Counted from the stretch's first letter, positions 50,595 to 64,000 are shown. The stretch: DNA of 64,000 nt from Podarcis muralis (GCF_964188315.1 NC_135667.1:23622001-23686000), one strand, 5' to 3'. Numbers and translations: made by a program. Notes: a model not told the origin generated them from the letters alone.

Positions 50595-51707
50595 AGAAAA
50601 ATCTAGTGCAAGGACCCAAAAAACTCCATGAACAATTTTGATCACTGTTTCTCAGACAAGGACTTTCTAAATTATCTCAGGCAGGAGAATATTCCAAGGA
50701 CTAAGGTATTTATATATGACTCTATTAATCTCCATCTTAAAAACACATAGCATAAATAACCACGAGCAAATGTGTTTGTTGTGATTCCATATATAGAGAG
50801 ATGACTTAAAATAGCTACCTCAGATTAAGGTTGAGGTTAAGAATGCCATTGTTGCCCAGAAACGAAGCCAATGAATCCTGCCTCAAACTGTGTGTGAAAT
50901 TGGATTAAGTGAAAATTCTTACCCAAAAATTCACAGGCTCATTATCAGGCAGTGAATTCAGATGGCGGGGGGATTAGGTGTCTCTCTCTGTGTGTGCAAA
51001 AATCTTTGCAAGATTTGAGGGCTCCCCACTGGAAGTAAAAGTATTTCAATAGTTTTTTATTAAAAAAACCCCTTTATTCTTCTTTGCGGTCTTTGCAGTT
51101 CCATTTAAGAGTTCTGTGACTGTGCAGCTCAACATTTTGAAATGTTCTGTAGCTAGACATCAAAACATATTTAGACAACCAAAAAATGAAAATCTTTTTT
51201 TCAGATGTAGTGGGGAGGGGGGACTTCAATAACTTTCTATGTCTAATTTATTTTTTTGATTTACAATAAATCTACAATTCAACCCACAACAATAATGCAT
51301 GGTTTGTTTGTTTGTTTGTTTACATTTTCATTTTTACAATTGTTATTGCATAGATTTTACATTGTGTGTTAAAGGGCATTTCAGGATGAAGAGCTCCTAA
51401 ATGGCAAAGTCAAGCGTCAATAACATTTTGAATGTTCATTGTTGTTTCTCTTTAATAGTAAAATGCAATATCTCTTAGCTATGCCTGGGAAAGAAGGGCC
51501 TTTGCAAAGATAGAAAGAGGTGCCCAATTTTTCTGAGGGCTGATGGGCCATTGACAGCTGGTTGGTGTGCTGGATTCAGCCTATGGGCTGCAGGTTCCAA
51601 CCCGTGGTTTAATTATTCTGTGAATCAACTCTCATATGGATTTTAAAACTTTTATTGATGCATTTGCAAGCCTGCAGCCTACAGCCTGAAGCAGAAGTTC
51701 TGGACAC

Positions 51708-52759
51708 TTAGGTGCTTTTACTTGGCCTCTTCATTAGCTGTTCCCTGTTATTCATCTCTGGCTTCATGACAATAATATAGCATTTGGGGAAGAAGATGCA
51801 GCCCAGCAGCCCAGCACTGGAACCTAAGATAGAGAAAATCTCCACAGCCACCATGTATTTCCCTTTGGTGCTCAAGTAAGAGGGAACAAAGGACAGCCAA
51901 ACACTGCAAAACACCAACATGCTGAAAGTGATGAATTTGGCTTCATTGAAACTGTCAGGCAGTTTCCTGGCTAGGAAAGCCACCACCAAACTGACAATGG
52001 CCAGGAAACCCAGGTACCCAAGCACACAATAAAACAGAATAGGTGCCCCTTCATTACATTCAAGTACAATTTCTTCACTCATAGAGTGCATATCGACATC
52101 TGGGAATGGTGGGGAGGTTGCCAGCCACACAGTACAGATGCCTGCTTGGATAAGGGAGCAAGAAAGAACAATGAAGTTGGCCAGTCTTTTCCCTACCCAT
52201 TTCCTCATACTGGATCCTGGTTTGGTGGCCATGAAAGCCAGAACCACAGTGATGGTTTTGGCCAGCACACAGGAAACAGCCACTGAGAAGATGATGCCAA
52301 AAGCTGTTTGTCGGAGGAGGCATGTCACCGTATGAGGCTGTCCAATGAAGAGCAATGCACAGAGGAAGCAGAGCAGGAGGGAGACGAGGAGGGTGTAGGT
52401 GAGGTTTCGGTTGTTGGCTATGACTATGGGTGTGTCTTGGTGCTTCACAAATGTTGTTAGTACCAGCACTGTGATTAAAGAAAAGGAAAGAGAAAAAATG
52501 GCTAAATTGATTCCCAAAGGTTCTTCATATGACAAAAAGCTTATATCCTTAGGAATGCATGAATCATGTTTTTTGCCTGGATAGTGGTCTTCTGGGCATT
52601 TAATGCAGTCAGCCATGTCTGAAACAAAGGAAAAGTTGTGGATTTGGTTTTTCAAATTTTCATTTCATACCCTATTTTAGAAAAAATAATGGTTATCTTT
52701 TGTCAAATATTCATTTTCTTTTAAAAATAAAAAATCAGAGGTTCTCAAAGAGGCTTTCC

Positions 52760-52814
<55 letters not shown>

Positions 52815-55800
52815 CTCTCTCCCACCCACCCACCCACACCCCAACCCAATTATTGAAAGGGTATTTTGAATATTACAAGAATTACCTATCAAATATGGAT
52901 GTGTGTTTAGAATTACGATGCCAGTCAAAAGCATTTCTTTATCAGATTGGGTCAATTTCAGTAATTCTCCTCTCCCCACCTCTTCTGCACATGGCATTTC
53001 TTACCATTCTGGTCTGAAATCTTCCCTTCTGGGCATGGGGCACAGTCGTAGCAACAAAATGGTTCCCCCTCCTTCTTTTTCCTGCTGTAACCAGGATGGC
53101 AATAGTCATTACACACAGAGAGGGGCAGCACCTATTAAACGAAGGAAGAGGAAATTATTTTCCAATCAGGAAATGTACTTGGGGAATTTGTGTCTCATTG
53201 GGATGGAAATGGCCTTAAATATGTGACAGTGGTAGCTTTGAAGTTCCAGAAAGCACACAGGATGCCAGAGACAGTCTCTGCTTTTCTAAGGTTGATCAGT
53301 TGTATAGAACTGCAGTGCTTTGACCAGGTTTTAAATTGCTGGTGCAATTTTTTTTTTTTAACCTTAACTCTGTCTCCACTGAGATGAAATAAAAATAATT
53401 ATATGTGTTTCCAAGATTAGGGATAGTTAACCTCTGGTCTTTCAGGTGCTGTACGACTACAGCTCCCACTGTATTTGTCATGCTGGCTGGGCTGAAGAGA
53501 ATCAGAGTCCTGTAACATATGGAAGGCCACTATTTAGCCAACCCTGCCATTTATTTCCCTCCTTTAAAAGTGATCATTCATATCCTCCCACTTTAGGGAG
53601 TTTTTCAAAAGGGAGTTTTCTGTTTCTTACTCAGGATGGGCAAGTGCACAGGATCCAGGAAAAAACTTTAAGCAACCTCACTTACTACAGTAGTGAATCC
53701 ATTGTTCTACTTTAAATTGTGAAGTCTTTATTTTGAACAGTTCAGAGAAGCTATTGCTCCATGAAATTCAAGTTAGACTTCCGTAATTTTACTCAGCAAC
53801 AGGTTGACATAGGGGAATAAACCAGGCCTCACAAAGTGATGAATATAGCACATTGATGTCTGTGATTTTCTGGTGCACATGTACATAAAATTGTACGTAT
53901 ATTTAAAAGTAGAGTAATTAAGGCAAATATATGTGTAAGAATATTAGAGGAATTAATGTTAGGGAGGGATTGGTAAGAATGTCCTTGGAATGTAGGTAGT
54001 GAGTGGTGATTGGATGAGAGTTTGGAAAGGCTCCAAGGCACGTTCCCCCATTCAGCAGAGAATCCAGCACAGGGAAGTGATGAGATTTATGGCTACATCA
54101 CTATGCTTTATTTCTTACTACACAGACAGCAAAGAAATATACATCCTGTCTCTATGAAAGCAGAGAGCAACTGAACAACAAAGGAACAAAGGAAACAGGA
54201 AACCAGTACGTCACATCTGTCTCTAGTCTCCCGTGAGACTTCCAATAGCCTGGACTGTCTCTGGAATGTAAACAGAGCCTTGTGACTCTAAGCAGCTGCT
54301 CAGTGGCAAACAGAAACTAACATGGTTGTGGGTATGAAAGTTGGTGGTGGATGTGTTAGATCAGGCATAGGCAAACTTCGGCCCTCCAGATGTTTTGAGA
54401 CTACAATTCCCATCATCCCTGACCACTGGTCCTGCTAGCTAGGTATGATGGGAATTGTAGTTCCCAAACATCTGGAGGGCCGGAGTTTGCCCAAGCCTGT
54501 GTTAAATGGTAGCATTGTTGGTTCAGTATTGTGTTAGCCATTGTTGTAGGCATAACAAAGTAGCAAATTAGATAAAGCAAAACTGAAATGATATGCTTCT
54601 GTACACAAAGAGATCATAAAACCCTTTTTATTATTTCTGATTTATGTCAGCTATTGTATTGCACCACATGCCTCTTGTTTGGCTGTTAGGGTGGGATATT
54701 CAGGTACTTACAGAGCAGGAATAAAGGGAGATTACAGAAACACACATAAAAAAAAAACCCCAGCCCAGAACTCTGAATCTTACAAAGAGTAGGCAATGTT
54801 GTGGGTCGTGCCAGAGCACAAGAAGTTGAAGAGGGGTGCAGGAGGGTGCAGGGCTGGCATGCCAAATAGATTTGACAGGTTGAAGTTGGAGGCAGAGGAA
54901 TGGTGAGACAAGGGAAGAATATGCAGTAAAAAAACCTCCAGTTATGTTAGGTGTAAAGACTAATTAAACACCACTTTGACCCCTCAATCTGGCCCAAACA
55001 ATTTATAATGAGACCCTACCTGATTAAACCAGGTGTGCCAAGTGATGACATCATCCCTAATGGTGAATGCTTCCTCTGGAGGAAGCAGGGAATCCATCTT
55101 TCCAACTTCAACTTTGCGAAAGGATTGGTTTGGGAAAAAGACCCAGTTTATGACATCAAATCCAGTCACCGAGTCCCCATTGTGGTCAAAGGAAACCTCA
55201 TATCCAGCACTATTGTTAAAAGAGACACGTCTGAGAAAATGATGCAGCTGGTTGGAAAAAAGAAAAGAGACAGAACCATTTTATTTCCAAAGTGCAAAGG
55301 GCTTCAACTTTGGCTCTGAGAAATGCTAATGACTGCCCTTGCAGAAGATATCAAGTAACTATTTAATTACATCACACTAATCAAGAGAGCAGTGGAGTTC
55401 CGTCCATCCTTATTGTTCACAAAACTTTTGCTTTTACCCTGGAAAAATATTACAGATGTTCTGCTCCTGCTTCATGATGGCCTGCACCCCAAAGGGATGG
55501 GATCTTGCTCTCCTTTTTGTGGTTCCTGAGCTGAACTCTCTGTTCACTGTGCTTTCATTAGAGCCATTTTTGTAAGTTTATCCCTAACCTCCCTCCCCCA
55601 CCCCCAGCCAAGATATAACACTTTTTAATGTGGCTGTTTCACTTTGCTGCTATGTAAGGAGACCCTTTCCTTGTTATTATTTGAATTTTATCATTATAAT
55701 TTCAAATACAGTAGTTAATAAATAAAAGCACACACACTTATCAATTAGATGGCTTTGTGCTACTTCCACTATAACTTTTTTTTTTAAAACCAACAATATT

Positions 55801-58800
55801 TTTTAATTATAGATTTCTTGGTTTACAAAGTATGTGCAATGTCTCTTTTTTCAAGTTACATTTTCTACAGATCAGTTTCATTTGTTGAGACATTGGTGTT
55901 ACCTTAGGAAGAAAAGGGAAAAAGAGGTTTGGGGGGGGAAAATAGTGAGTGGGGGTGGGATCGGGTGGCAATGCTTCTATTCTGCTTAATGTATGTGTGG
56001 CGGTTTCTGTCAGAGTCGCTTGTGCGGGTTTTCTTTACTATTCACTTGTACTCCTTTGGTGGTGAGTGAGGTTGGGGTTGGCCTAGGGTGTGGTTGTTGT
56101 TTGTAGTTGGCTGTGGTGATCTTTGTTTTCACGTGTGAGTGGGGTGGGTGAATGTTTTTGAATCAGGTTAGCCCTATTGATTTGTATACTGTTAGTGGAT
56201 TCCTTTCATTGTATTGTTGGGCTGTGTTTGTGATAAAGGGGAAGCATACTGGGGTGAAGGTGTCTTCTTCTATTTGTCCTCGTATCCATTTCAGTTTATT
56301 GTTTAGTTTTTCTAATAAGGCTGTTTCCCATACTATTTTGTACCATTGGTCCATGCTTACTCATGACAGATCTCTCCAGTGTCTGGCTATGATGTTTCTG
56401 GCTGCTGAGAGTAGGTGGATTATGAGCTCTTTATGATGTGAGTGGGCATTATCTTGGAAGATTTTTAATAGGGCCAGTTATGGGGTGACTTCTAATACTT
56501 GCTTAGTTATTTTGCATATTTCTTGTATGATTGTTGTCCACAATAGTTGGATTTTGGGTCATTCCCACCACATGTGGAGGCATGTGCCTGTGGAGGTGCA
56601 CTATCTCCAGCATTTTGGTGAGGTTCCTAGGCTTATTAGCACTAGTTTCCTTTGTGTTAGGTACTACTTCTGCTATAACTATAAATACCAGTTGCTGGCA
56701 ATTACCAGTGGAGAGACCACTGTTGCCCTCAAGTTCTCCTTGTGGGCTTCTCATATGCACCTGCCTGACTGTTGTGAGACTAGAGTGCTAGACTAAATGG
56801 GCCTTTGGTCTGATCCAGCAGATGTATCCTTATCATAGCCATCTTCAAATATCTAAAGGGCTGTTGCATGGAAAATGGAACAAGCTTGTTTTCTCCTGCT
56901 CTGGAGGCGTGGACCCAAATTGATTGCTTCAAGTTTCAAGAAAGGAGATTCCAACTAAACACCAGGAAGAACTTTCTGACAGTAAGAGCTGTTCAACAGT
57001 GGAACTGACTCCTTTGGGAGGTTATGGACTCTCCCTTCATTGGAGGTTTTTTTAAGTCATCTGTCAGGGATGCTTTAGCTAAGATTCCTGCATTACAGTA
57101 TCCCCACCACAGCTATAGGCTAATAAAAACAGAAGACAGGAAAGATGCTCTTCAATACGTGAATTATTGTGGCCATCCCACCTTGCTTTTGGGAAGAGAA
57201 AGGAAGCTCATATTGAATACCCCTTAAGCATCCTGATTTGAGCAGGACATCCCAGATTACAGAAGCCATCTCAGTTTGGACTCCTGCAAGAGCTCAGGAA
57301 CAAAAAAACAAGCATTCCAATTTTGATCCATGGGATGTTGGAGGGTATGATATTTTGAGTGAATGAAATAACCATGAAGAAACGCTAGTCTACAAACAGT
57401 AGAGTGTGTTGTTCCCACCTGTAAATACTAGATAATTCATGATATTCTTACCTCCCATAGTTGTTCATTTGGAAGTGTCAGGCTCCCTCTATCCACCATT
57501 GCTTTGTGTTTTGATTTTAGAGAATGCATGGCTTGCAAAGCATGTGCTATAGCATAGACTGCATTGTAGATATTGTAACTGTGACCAGTCAAGCTCATTT
57601 CAAAAAACCCACCAGGAAGGTCGCTCAGGTTCTCCTCTCCGGTGCAGATTTCTGCTTCCATTTCACCCACCATAGAATTTGGGAATTTACATTTGAATGC
57701 ATTTTGCCAGAACTCCTTGATAAAACCATCTTCTTTTGCCCTGAAAACATTTCTTCCCAGAAGAAATTGTTGAAATCTCGGGAGTATATTTGAATGACTT
57801 GCGAAGGCTATAGCACCCTGAAAGACTTCGAAATCCCATTGAGTGTGAAAGTTAAAAGCTATAATATCAATTTGGGCTGACATAATCCATACTTTACCTT
57901 TAGGATTAACAGTCGCTGGGATGTATAGGAATGTTCTCCAAAGGATTATGGCCTGGATTTCTCCATAAAACACCAGTACATTCGCTTTTCTCTTCATAAT
58001 AACTTCATATATTCCCTGAAGCAAGTCTGCTGTATTCAAAGCTTCAGAGATAAAAGTGAACCTAGGGAGTCTGTCGATGAAGTCAAAACAAATACCCTTC
58101 TGTAAAAATAACGGGAGTGCAATTTGCAAAAATCTTTCTCCATCATCATCATCCACAGCAAGGATGCTAATCCAGATCCACCTGAAATGCAGAAGTAACT
58201 GCAGAATCCCCATATATTGATGGGCTTCCTTGGGAGCCATCTGGAAAGTGGGGAAAACTTGGGTTTTCTCACTCATTGCTGAAGTAGAGCCATACGAAAG
58301 CTAATGATGAAAGTGAGGAGGAGAGAAAAAGGAAAAAGTGATGAAGAGTCAGAAAAACATTAAGAATGCAAAATGAAATCTCATTCTGTGTGTGCTGCTA
58401 ATAATAGAGTTGTTATCTGCAACGTTTTGTTCAATATTGGTTTGAATCAGTTTTGGTTAAGCAAAAATGGCTATGATAGCATCCAGATTCCTACTTTCAT
58501 CAGCTGTCCAGGAGGAAGAGAGGTGTGTGTACAAGCCTGAAGTTCACCTAGGCTTGTTCATCTTATGAGGAACAGAAGGGAGAACATGGGACTTGCAGTC
58601 TATCAAGTTAGACAGGGGAGCTGGTCACTGACTTATCAGTTATATTTTTATTTCTTTGATAGTAATTGTGTCTCAGTTTACATCTATACATGTAAATTGG
58701 CCCATGCACACTAATTCAAATCAGTGTCATCTTTTGTTTTTTTCCCTTTGGGGGGGGCAATGAATAAATAAGAAGAACAGAGTTTCCCATGTAGGAATGA

Positions 58801-60564
58801 ACTATGATGACTGCTTTTCATCATTCTCATCCTGCTCATTTCATTCACTCTTATTTCAAACCCCCATAACCAAATTGTAAAAGGCAAGCAAATGGTGAAA
58901 TTTGTTAACATCCTCTTCTCTTCTTACCTGTGAAATCTTGTAGATTTGCAGGATGCTTGCAATGTGTAGAGAAGTTTCAGAGCTAAGTCCCCCAATGACA
59001 GCGACCAGATTACTCTGAGTGTCACATTTGTAGTTGGGCTTAAATCTGTTCAGTGTGGAAAGAAACTCGATGGTTGCATGACAGGTCCACATTGCACTGA
59101 AATAGCTGTCATAGATGTGGAACCCTAGGGTGACTTTGGGTAAGATCTGGCGGTTCTCATTGATCTCCTTTACTGCAAAGGCCAAGGCCAAGACATGCTG
59201 GTAATGTTTAGTCAGAAAGCTACAATGACAATGACAGGTTATCTCAAAGGGGCATTTCACTCTTGATAAAACAATTACTGCTGTTTTGCATGCCACCAAG
59301 ACCATCTGCTTTGGAGTAGGACACCAATACCACCCCACTGCTGCATGCCACCAAGACTGTCTGCTTTGGAGTAGGACACCAATACCACCCCATTGCAGCA
59401 GATTATTCATTTATCAGATTTATTTAAACTAGCATCTTGGACAATAATATGATGGACAAAATGGGCACACACGCACTTCGAGGAAGTATACAGAAAGAGC
59501 TGTTTCATTTTTCTGCATAGCATTGGTTCCATTGCATGAGTAGGTGCTTGCTGAGCCATTCATGAACATGCACATCCATGTCCAAAGGAAAGTTGAGATG
59601 TGGTCTTGATGGGGATGGGCTACATTAGAATATTAAAAGGAATTCAACCCTCCCCACAAATTTAAGTCCATGTGTTGCATTTCAAGGCAAGCATACAACA
59701 AAGGAGCCATTCTTTGAAGAGGTTAATGCTCTGTGTAGTTACTTAGCTAAAGGAAAGGAAATGCATGTTCACCATGATTTCCTTCCACATTTCCAGAATG
59801 TAGGGTTTGTTTGTTTTTTAACTACAGCATTGTTCTTTATTACTATTTCAATGGAGGAGATACATCTCAGATGTAGCTTGGAATTCATTTTTGTGGGGAG
59901 AAACAAGACAATTAGAAATACCATTCCAGTTCCCGTCTGTACAAATTATTCCTGCTGCTAGTCTCCTAAACTAATGTATTTATGGAACAGCTGTAATCCA
60001 GCGGGAAGGAGCAGTGGGAGGGAGAGTGAACTAAAATATTGTGCAGAAGAATTTTTTAATAGAATCATAGTGTTGGAAGGGACCCTGAGGATCATCTGGC
60101 CCAACTCCCTGTAATGCAGGAATATGCAGCTGTCCTATATGGGGATCGAACCTGCGATCTTGGCATTATCAGCACTGTGCTCTAACCAACATAGCTGGAA
60201 GGCTGGAACGCTGAACACGAGCCCTCCATACTGCTGGCACAATTTGTTGTAAGCACCACATGCCAGGTGATATATTTCCTAAAATATTCTTTACACATTT
60301 TTTCCCCTTACACAAAAGCCAATAACCAACAAGGGAGCATCCTTACACAGGTTCTCGATTCTGTTGCTGAATGGGGCCTTTTTTGAAAGTTTTCTCTTCA
60401 GAAAGCAGGATCATTTGAGAAGCAATGCCTCCGATGATGAAATCACCTAGTTGATAATATTTGTGAGGAATAGGGATGGGTTCACTGTTGGCACATTTAA
60501 GAGGATGCTGCTGGCACACTGCAGGAGGAAGCAGTGCTGCTAGCAACACTGCTAATATCACCAT
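51708..60564 (-). CDS. Vomeronasal type-2 receptor (class C GPCR), intact, about 874 aa; exons 60347-60564, 58928-59219, 57452-58300, 55020-55247, 53005-53131, 51708-52618
   Basis: Six-exon V2R layout (218/292/849/228/127/911 nt, total 2625) with consistent phases. Motifs: [25 protein letters not shown], cysteine-rich [11 protein letters not shown], and 7[13 protein letters not shown]...VAVEIFSIL...FFPKCYII. No stops found. Confidence 0.93.
52764..52820. repeat. (CT)n microsatellite in V2R intron 5
   Basis: Read directly from the sequence. Confidence 0.95.
54362..54499. mobile_element. hAT-type MITE with 8-bp TSD
   Basis: CAGGCATAGGCAAACT...AGTTTGCCCAAGCCTG inverted repeats; flanks TGTTAGAT / TGTTAAAT. 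Confidence 0.8.
55780..56700 (-). mobile_element. L1-clade LINE 3' fragment (decayed)
   Basis: [20 protein letters not shown]...[14 protein letters not shown]...[10 protein letters not shown]: the ORF2 C-terminal cysteine motif, with stops. Confidence 0.75.
56830..57100 (+). mobile_element. CR1 LINE 3' end
   Basis: AGGAAGAACTTTCTGACAGTAAGAGCTGTTCAACAGTGGAAC...GGAGGTT; a similar older fragment lies at 22280-22420. Confidence 0.75.
59287..59396 (+). repeat. 55-bp tandem duplication in V2R intron 1
   Basis: TGCATGCCACCAAGAC...CACCCCA(C/T)TGC occurs twice. Confidence 0.9.
60061..60197 (-). mobile_element. tRNA(Ile)-like SINE with CR1-type tail
   Basis: Minus strand reads GGTTAGAGCACAGTGCTGATAATGCCAAGATCGCAGGTTCGATCCCC, followed by a ...CCCTTCCAACACTATGATTCTA CR1-like 3' end. 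Confidence 0.7.
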
Positions 60565-61257
60565 GCTGAGGGCAAATTTGCGCCCTTGGCAGAAATGCCT
60601 TTGTTGTCACATTATCTCAGCCAGGTTTTGAACAGCTGCTCCTTGAGTCCTCAGTTATAAAATGTAACATTACTGAGATCTGATTGATGCCCTTCTTAGC
60701 CCCTAGGTCCAATTCAGAATGCAGCACATTTTAAAAATGATCACCCAGCCTTAATCACAAACTGAGCTAGTGACCACAGGAGCTTCAGGGCGACATATAT
60801 TAAATTAACATGAATCACAATCATTTTGATAATTACAAAGGAAGCCAGTAATTTCCCAGATATGGGTTCACTGTAGCACTACTGAAGAAAACATGTTTGT
60901 CACATCTCAGATCTCCTTATCCTCTTCTTATTGGCCCAGCTAAGTGTGTGTGGCAGTGGAATGACAAATGCAAGGTAAGACCATTGGAAATTTGATAGTT
61001 TGGTCAGGAGTCAGATCAGGGTTAGCAATTTAGACACTGAAGGAACTCTGCACCAGCCATCTCCAATAACTCCATCTCACCCAAATCCTGGTAAAGGGAA
61101 ACGCTGCTGATTTGCAGATCCTACAGTGGTTGTTGGAGAACCTAAGACATTTATCAACAGTGCCCAGCTTAAACGTGTTGGTCAGACATTCATAACTCTC
61201 ACTATCCCTAACTCTGGTGCAAACCGTAGATTGTACTTCCCCTCCTCTGTATTGTTA

Positions 61258-61620
61258 AGGTAAAGGTAAAGGTACCCCTGCCCGTACGGGCCAGTCTTGA
61301 CAGACTCTGGGGTTGGTGCGCCCATCTCACTCTATAGGCCGGGGGCCAGCGCTGTCCGGGGACACTTCCGGGTCACGTGGCCAGCGTGACATCGCTGCTC
61401 TGGCGAGCCAGAGCTGCACACGGAAATGCCGTTTACCTTCCCGCTAGAAAGCGGTCCCTATTTATCTACTTGCACCCGGGGGTGCTTTCGAACTGCTAGG
61501 TTGGCAGGCGCTGGGACCGAGCAACGGGAGCGCACCCCGCCGCGGGGATTCGAACCGCCGACCTTTCGATCGGCAAGCCCTAGGCGCTGAGGCTTTTACC
61601 CACAGCGCCACCTGCGTCCC
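61258..61620 (-). mobile_element. Sauria SINE with 12-bp TSD
   Basis: TSD TCTGTATTGTTA at 61246-61257 and 61623-61634; CpG-rich, so probably young. Confidence 0.92.
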
Positions 61621-63492
61621 TTTCTGTATTGTTACTGACATCTATTTAAATTATAACCAGATACCTAGAATTAGAATTAAATACAAAAAGTTACAATCAG
61701 TGGCAACTGATAACATTTTGAGTTACCAGGCCTGCAATTTTTAATCTTCTTTTTTTCATAATGGTAGGGCTTCTAGTGCTTATTTAGTATGCATAGTTCC
61801 ATTGAAACAAACAAGCAAGCAAGCAAGCAAGCAAATAAACAAGCAAACAAACAAACATTTTGTGCACATATTTGGACAGGGGAAGACCGTCCATGTAAGG
61901 GGGCCCAAGTATGATTTTCAGACAAGAGTGATTCCATATATAAAGCTTACCACAAGACATAATTTATTGAATTTGTGTATCCCTTGTCAACAAGTTCAAT
62001 ACAGTGTTTTAAAATGTGCATGGAACACTTGCTTCCAGTTGCATGCAGTTCTCCTCTCTACTAAAATCAATTTAACTTTTCAATATCCAAAGCACTTTAT
62101 CCCCTCCCTCTAGATTAAAAGAACAAAAGTCTTCCAACCAATAGATGACACACTGGTTGAAAACCAATGGATTATGGCATTAGTGCAGCTGGCATGAGTT
62201 TAATATGAAGTATACCTCTCATGAACTATCTGTGATGCTGGTACAAGCTCCTATCTAAGACATGACCTGGAAGGTATAGCAAATACCTGACCCTTAACAG
62301 TAGCAGTAAAGATCAGCGTACAAATCCTTGTATTTACCAGAAAGTTTAATTGTCACTTTCCTATATGCAGGAACCAGACTTCAGACAGACAATGAAATTC
62401 TGTTTCAAAAGTGAATTTATGAATCACATGCTTTGCTTGACCACAAACCAAGGAATGAGTAAGAGACACTGTTGCCTTGAAGGGGAGAACTTAACTTTTT
62501 CAAAAGGCACAGATCTCAAATCCCTCACATTGTGTTCTGCTTGCTTCTGGATCAGGAATACCCATCCGTTTTCTTTTCTTTTTCATGGGAGTCTGTAGCA
62601 CACAACGGCACTCAGTGTCTACTTAGGGACTCTGTTCTTTAGGGTAAAGGTGTCTGTACTTGCTGTACGAAGCAGCATCAATCTGCATTGCCTCTTTTCA
62701 TTTCCATGTAATAAACCAATATTTCCCTACTTCCTAGTGTCACAAGTTATTTTTGTTTTTGTTAAAATGATAATTCTAGTCACATATTGACTCCACACAA
62801 AAGGTACTAATCCTCTTGGACCTGGGCATTGAGTTGATGTGTGTGGTGTACAAGTGTGTTTGTTCAGTCATATATCTCATAACACTCTTTTTACCTTTTG
62901 CTCAGTTATGAAGACATCATCCCCTTCTTTTCTTCAGACAGTTGAATACCCCTGCTTTAATCTTTAACCCAATTTCCATGTCTCCCATTCTCTCCTTTTT
63001 TGCAACCCCTTTTGTTTCCCTATTTTCACATTCGCTCACTTTTCCCTTTCACCTTCTTTCTTACTTATCTCAACTCTTCCTTAAACACAGTTTGCCCCAT
63101 TTCAATCTCGACTCTGCTGCCTGCTTTGCACATGAACTCTACTACGTAAAGGCTTTCACTTGTGTGTGTGTGTGGGGGGGTGAGGACCCCACTATTAGCA
63201 TTCAACTCCCAACAAACTCTGTTTTTAGTATTTTAAATTTTTTTTAATTACAAATATGGCAAAGGCTCATACAGAAAGATGAAGGAAAATGTACAGTATG
63301 GTGGTTGAGTTGGTGCCATAAATGTACATCCATAGCAGTGGTTTTTAAAAACAAATAAAAGAAAAAGAAATGGCAAAAGCAAAGCAAAATATCCATCAGT
63401 TCAATCGTGCTAGTACTGTTTCCATTATTCTACCCTCCTTGTGAAGCCTGGGCATTTCATGCTAACAGTTCTTCCCTGAGAACTCTTCTTTT

Positions 63493-64000
63493 CTAGAAGT
63501 GTTTCTTTACAAAGTTTGAAAGATTTATCTTTAATGACTTGGGACCACTGTTTTCTGAAGCATTGCTTTTCTCTGATGGCTTTGGACCACTGTTTTCTGA
63601 AGCACTGCCATAAGCTAAAAATGGGTACAAGTTGTCCCTGGATTTAATGGGGATAGAATCTATAAGGAAATAGGCATCTCTGGAGTTATAAAATGAGATT
63701 TCCCATTTTTCTTGATCCAGTAACAAACCAATCACTGAATAAGACACATTTTGCTTCTTTTCAATCTCTTTCTCACATGGACTGGGAAAGAATTTTCCTT
63801 GGCTGCTTTTGAGAGCCCAGCAGCCTTCCTGAAAGGACTTAGCAACCTTTTTCTTTCGGAATTTGTCCTTTTCAGCCTGAGTCAGCACCCCCAGCTCCCA
63901 GTCCAACCTCTCTCCCACCTCCACCTCCCAGTAGTGTTTCCCAGCAGCATAACCTTCTTTCCCCACAAAAATCTGAGTTCCCATAGCAGTTTCTTCTTTC
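63493..64000 (-). CDS. Terminal B30.2/SPRY exon of a TRIM or butyrophilin gene (the rest lies beyond the right edge)
   Basis: GKHYWEVEVGERLDWELGV...GCWAL...VIGLLLDQEKWEISFYN...LYPFL; open to a stop at 63493. Confidence 0.85.
   Translation of the reverse strand, partial: KEETAMGTQIFVGKEGYAAGKHYWEVEVGERLDWELGVLTQAEKDKFRKKKVAKSFQEGCWALKSSQGKFFPSPCEKEIEKKQNVSYSVIGLLLDQEKWEISFYNSRDAYFLIDSIPIKSRDNLYPFLAYGSASENSGPKPSEKSNASENSGPKSLKINLSNFVKKHF

Noticed and set aside
60120-60197. tRNA-Ile gene
   Set aside because: Degenerate stems and a CR1-type tail show it is a SINE head, not a tRNA.
1-64000. CRISPR arrays, rRNA genes or prokaryotic systems
   Set aside because: Vertebrate intron-containing DNA; no repeat-spacer arrays or rRNA-like sequence seen.

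Overview
Squamate (lizard, probably lacertid) genomic DNA, judged from Sauria SINEs, a tRNA-derived SINE with a CR1 tail, CAGTGG-ended TA-TSD MITEs and L2/CR1/RTE/L1 relics. All recognisable genes are on the minus strand. From left to right: (1) the 5' end of DNA ligase 1 (LIG1; N-terminus MQSTIRSFFQP, a PIP box) with a CpG-island promoter carrying E2F and ZNF143-type motifs; (2) an intact ZSWIM9-like domesticated Mutator transposase (about 539 aa); (3) a three-coding-exon SCAN/C2H2 zinc-finger gene whose SCAN domain is extended by a Gypsy capsid-like N-terminal region; (4) a single-IgV butyrophilin-like gene (signal-IgV-TM-coiled coil) whose B30.2 exon is cut off by a stop codon; (5) an intact six-exon vomeronasal type-2 receptor (about 874 aa); (6) the terminal B30.2/SPRY exon of another gene entering from the right edge. 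I derived the exon models by hand from GT-AG sites, exon phase and protein similarity recalled from memory; no searches were run. The most interesting item is the butyrophilin-like gene: two frame-shifting exon lengths cancel each other and the stop sits 19 nt before the last junction, predicting an NMD-escaping 256-aa BG/MOG-like protein.
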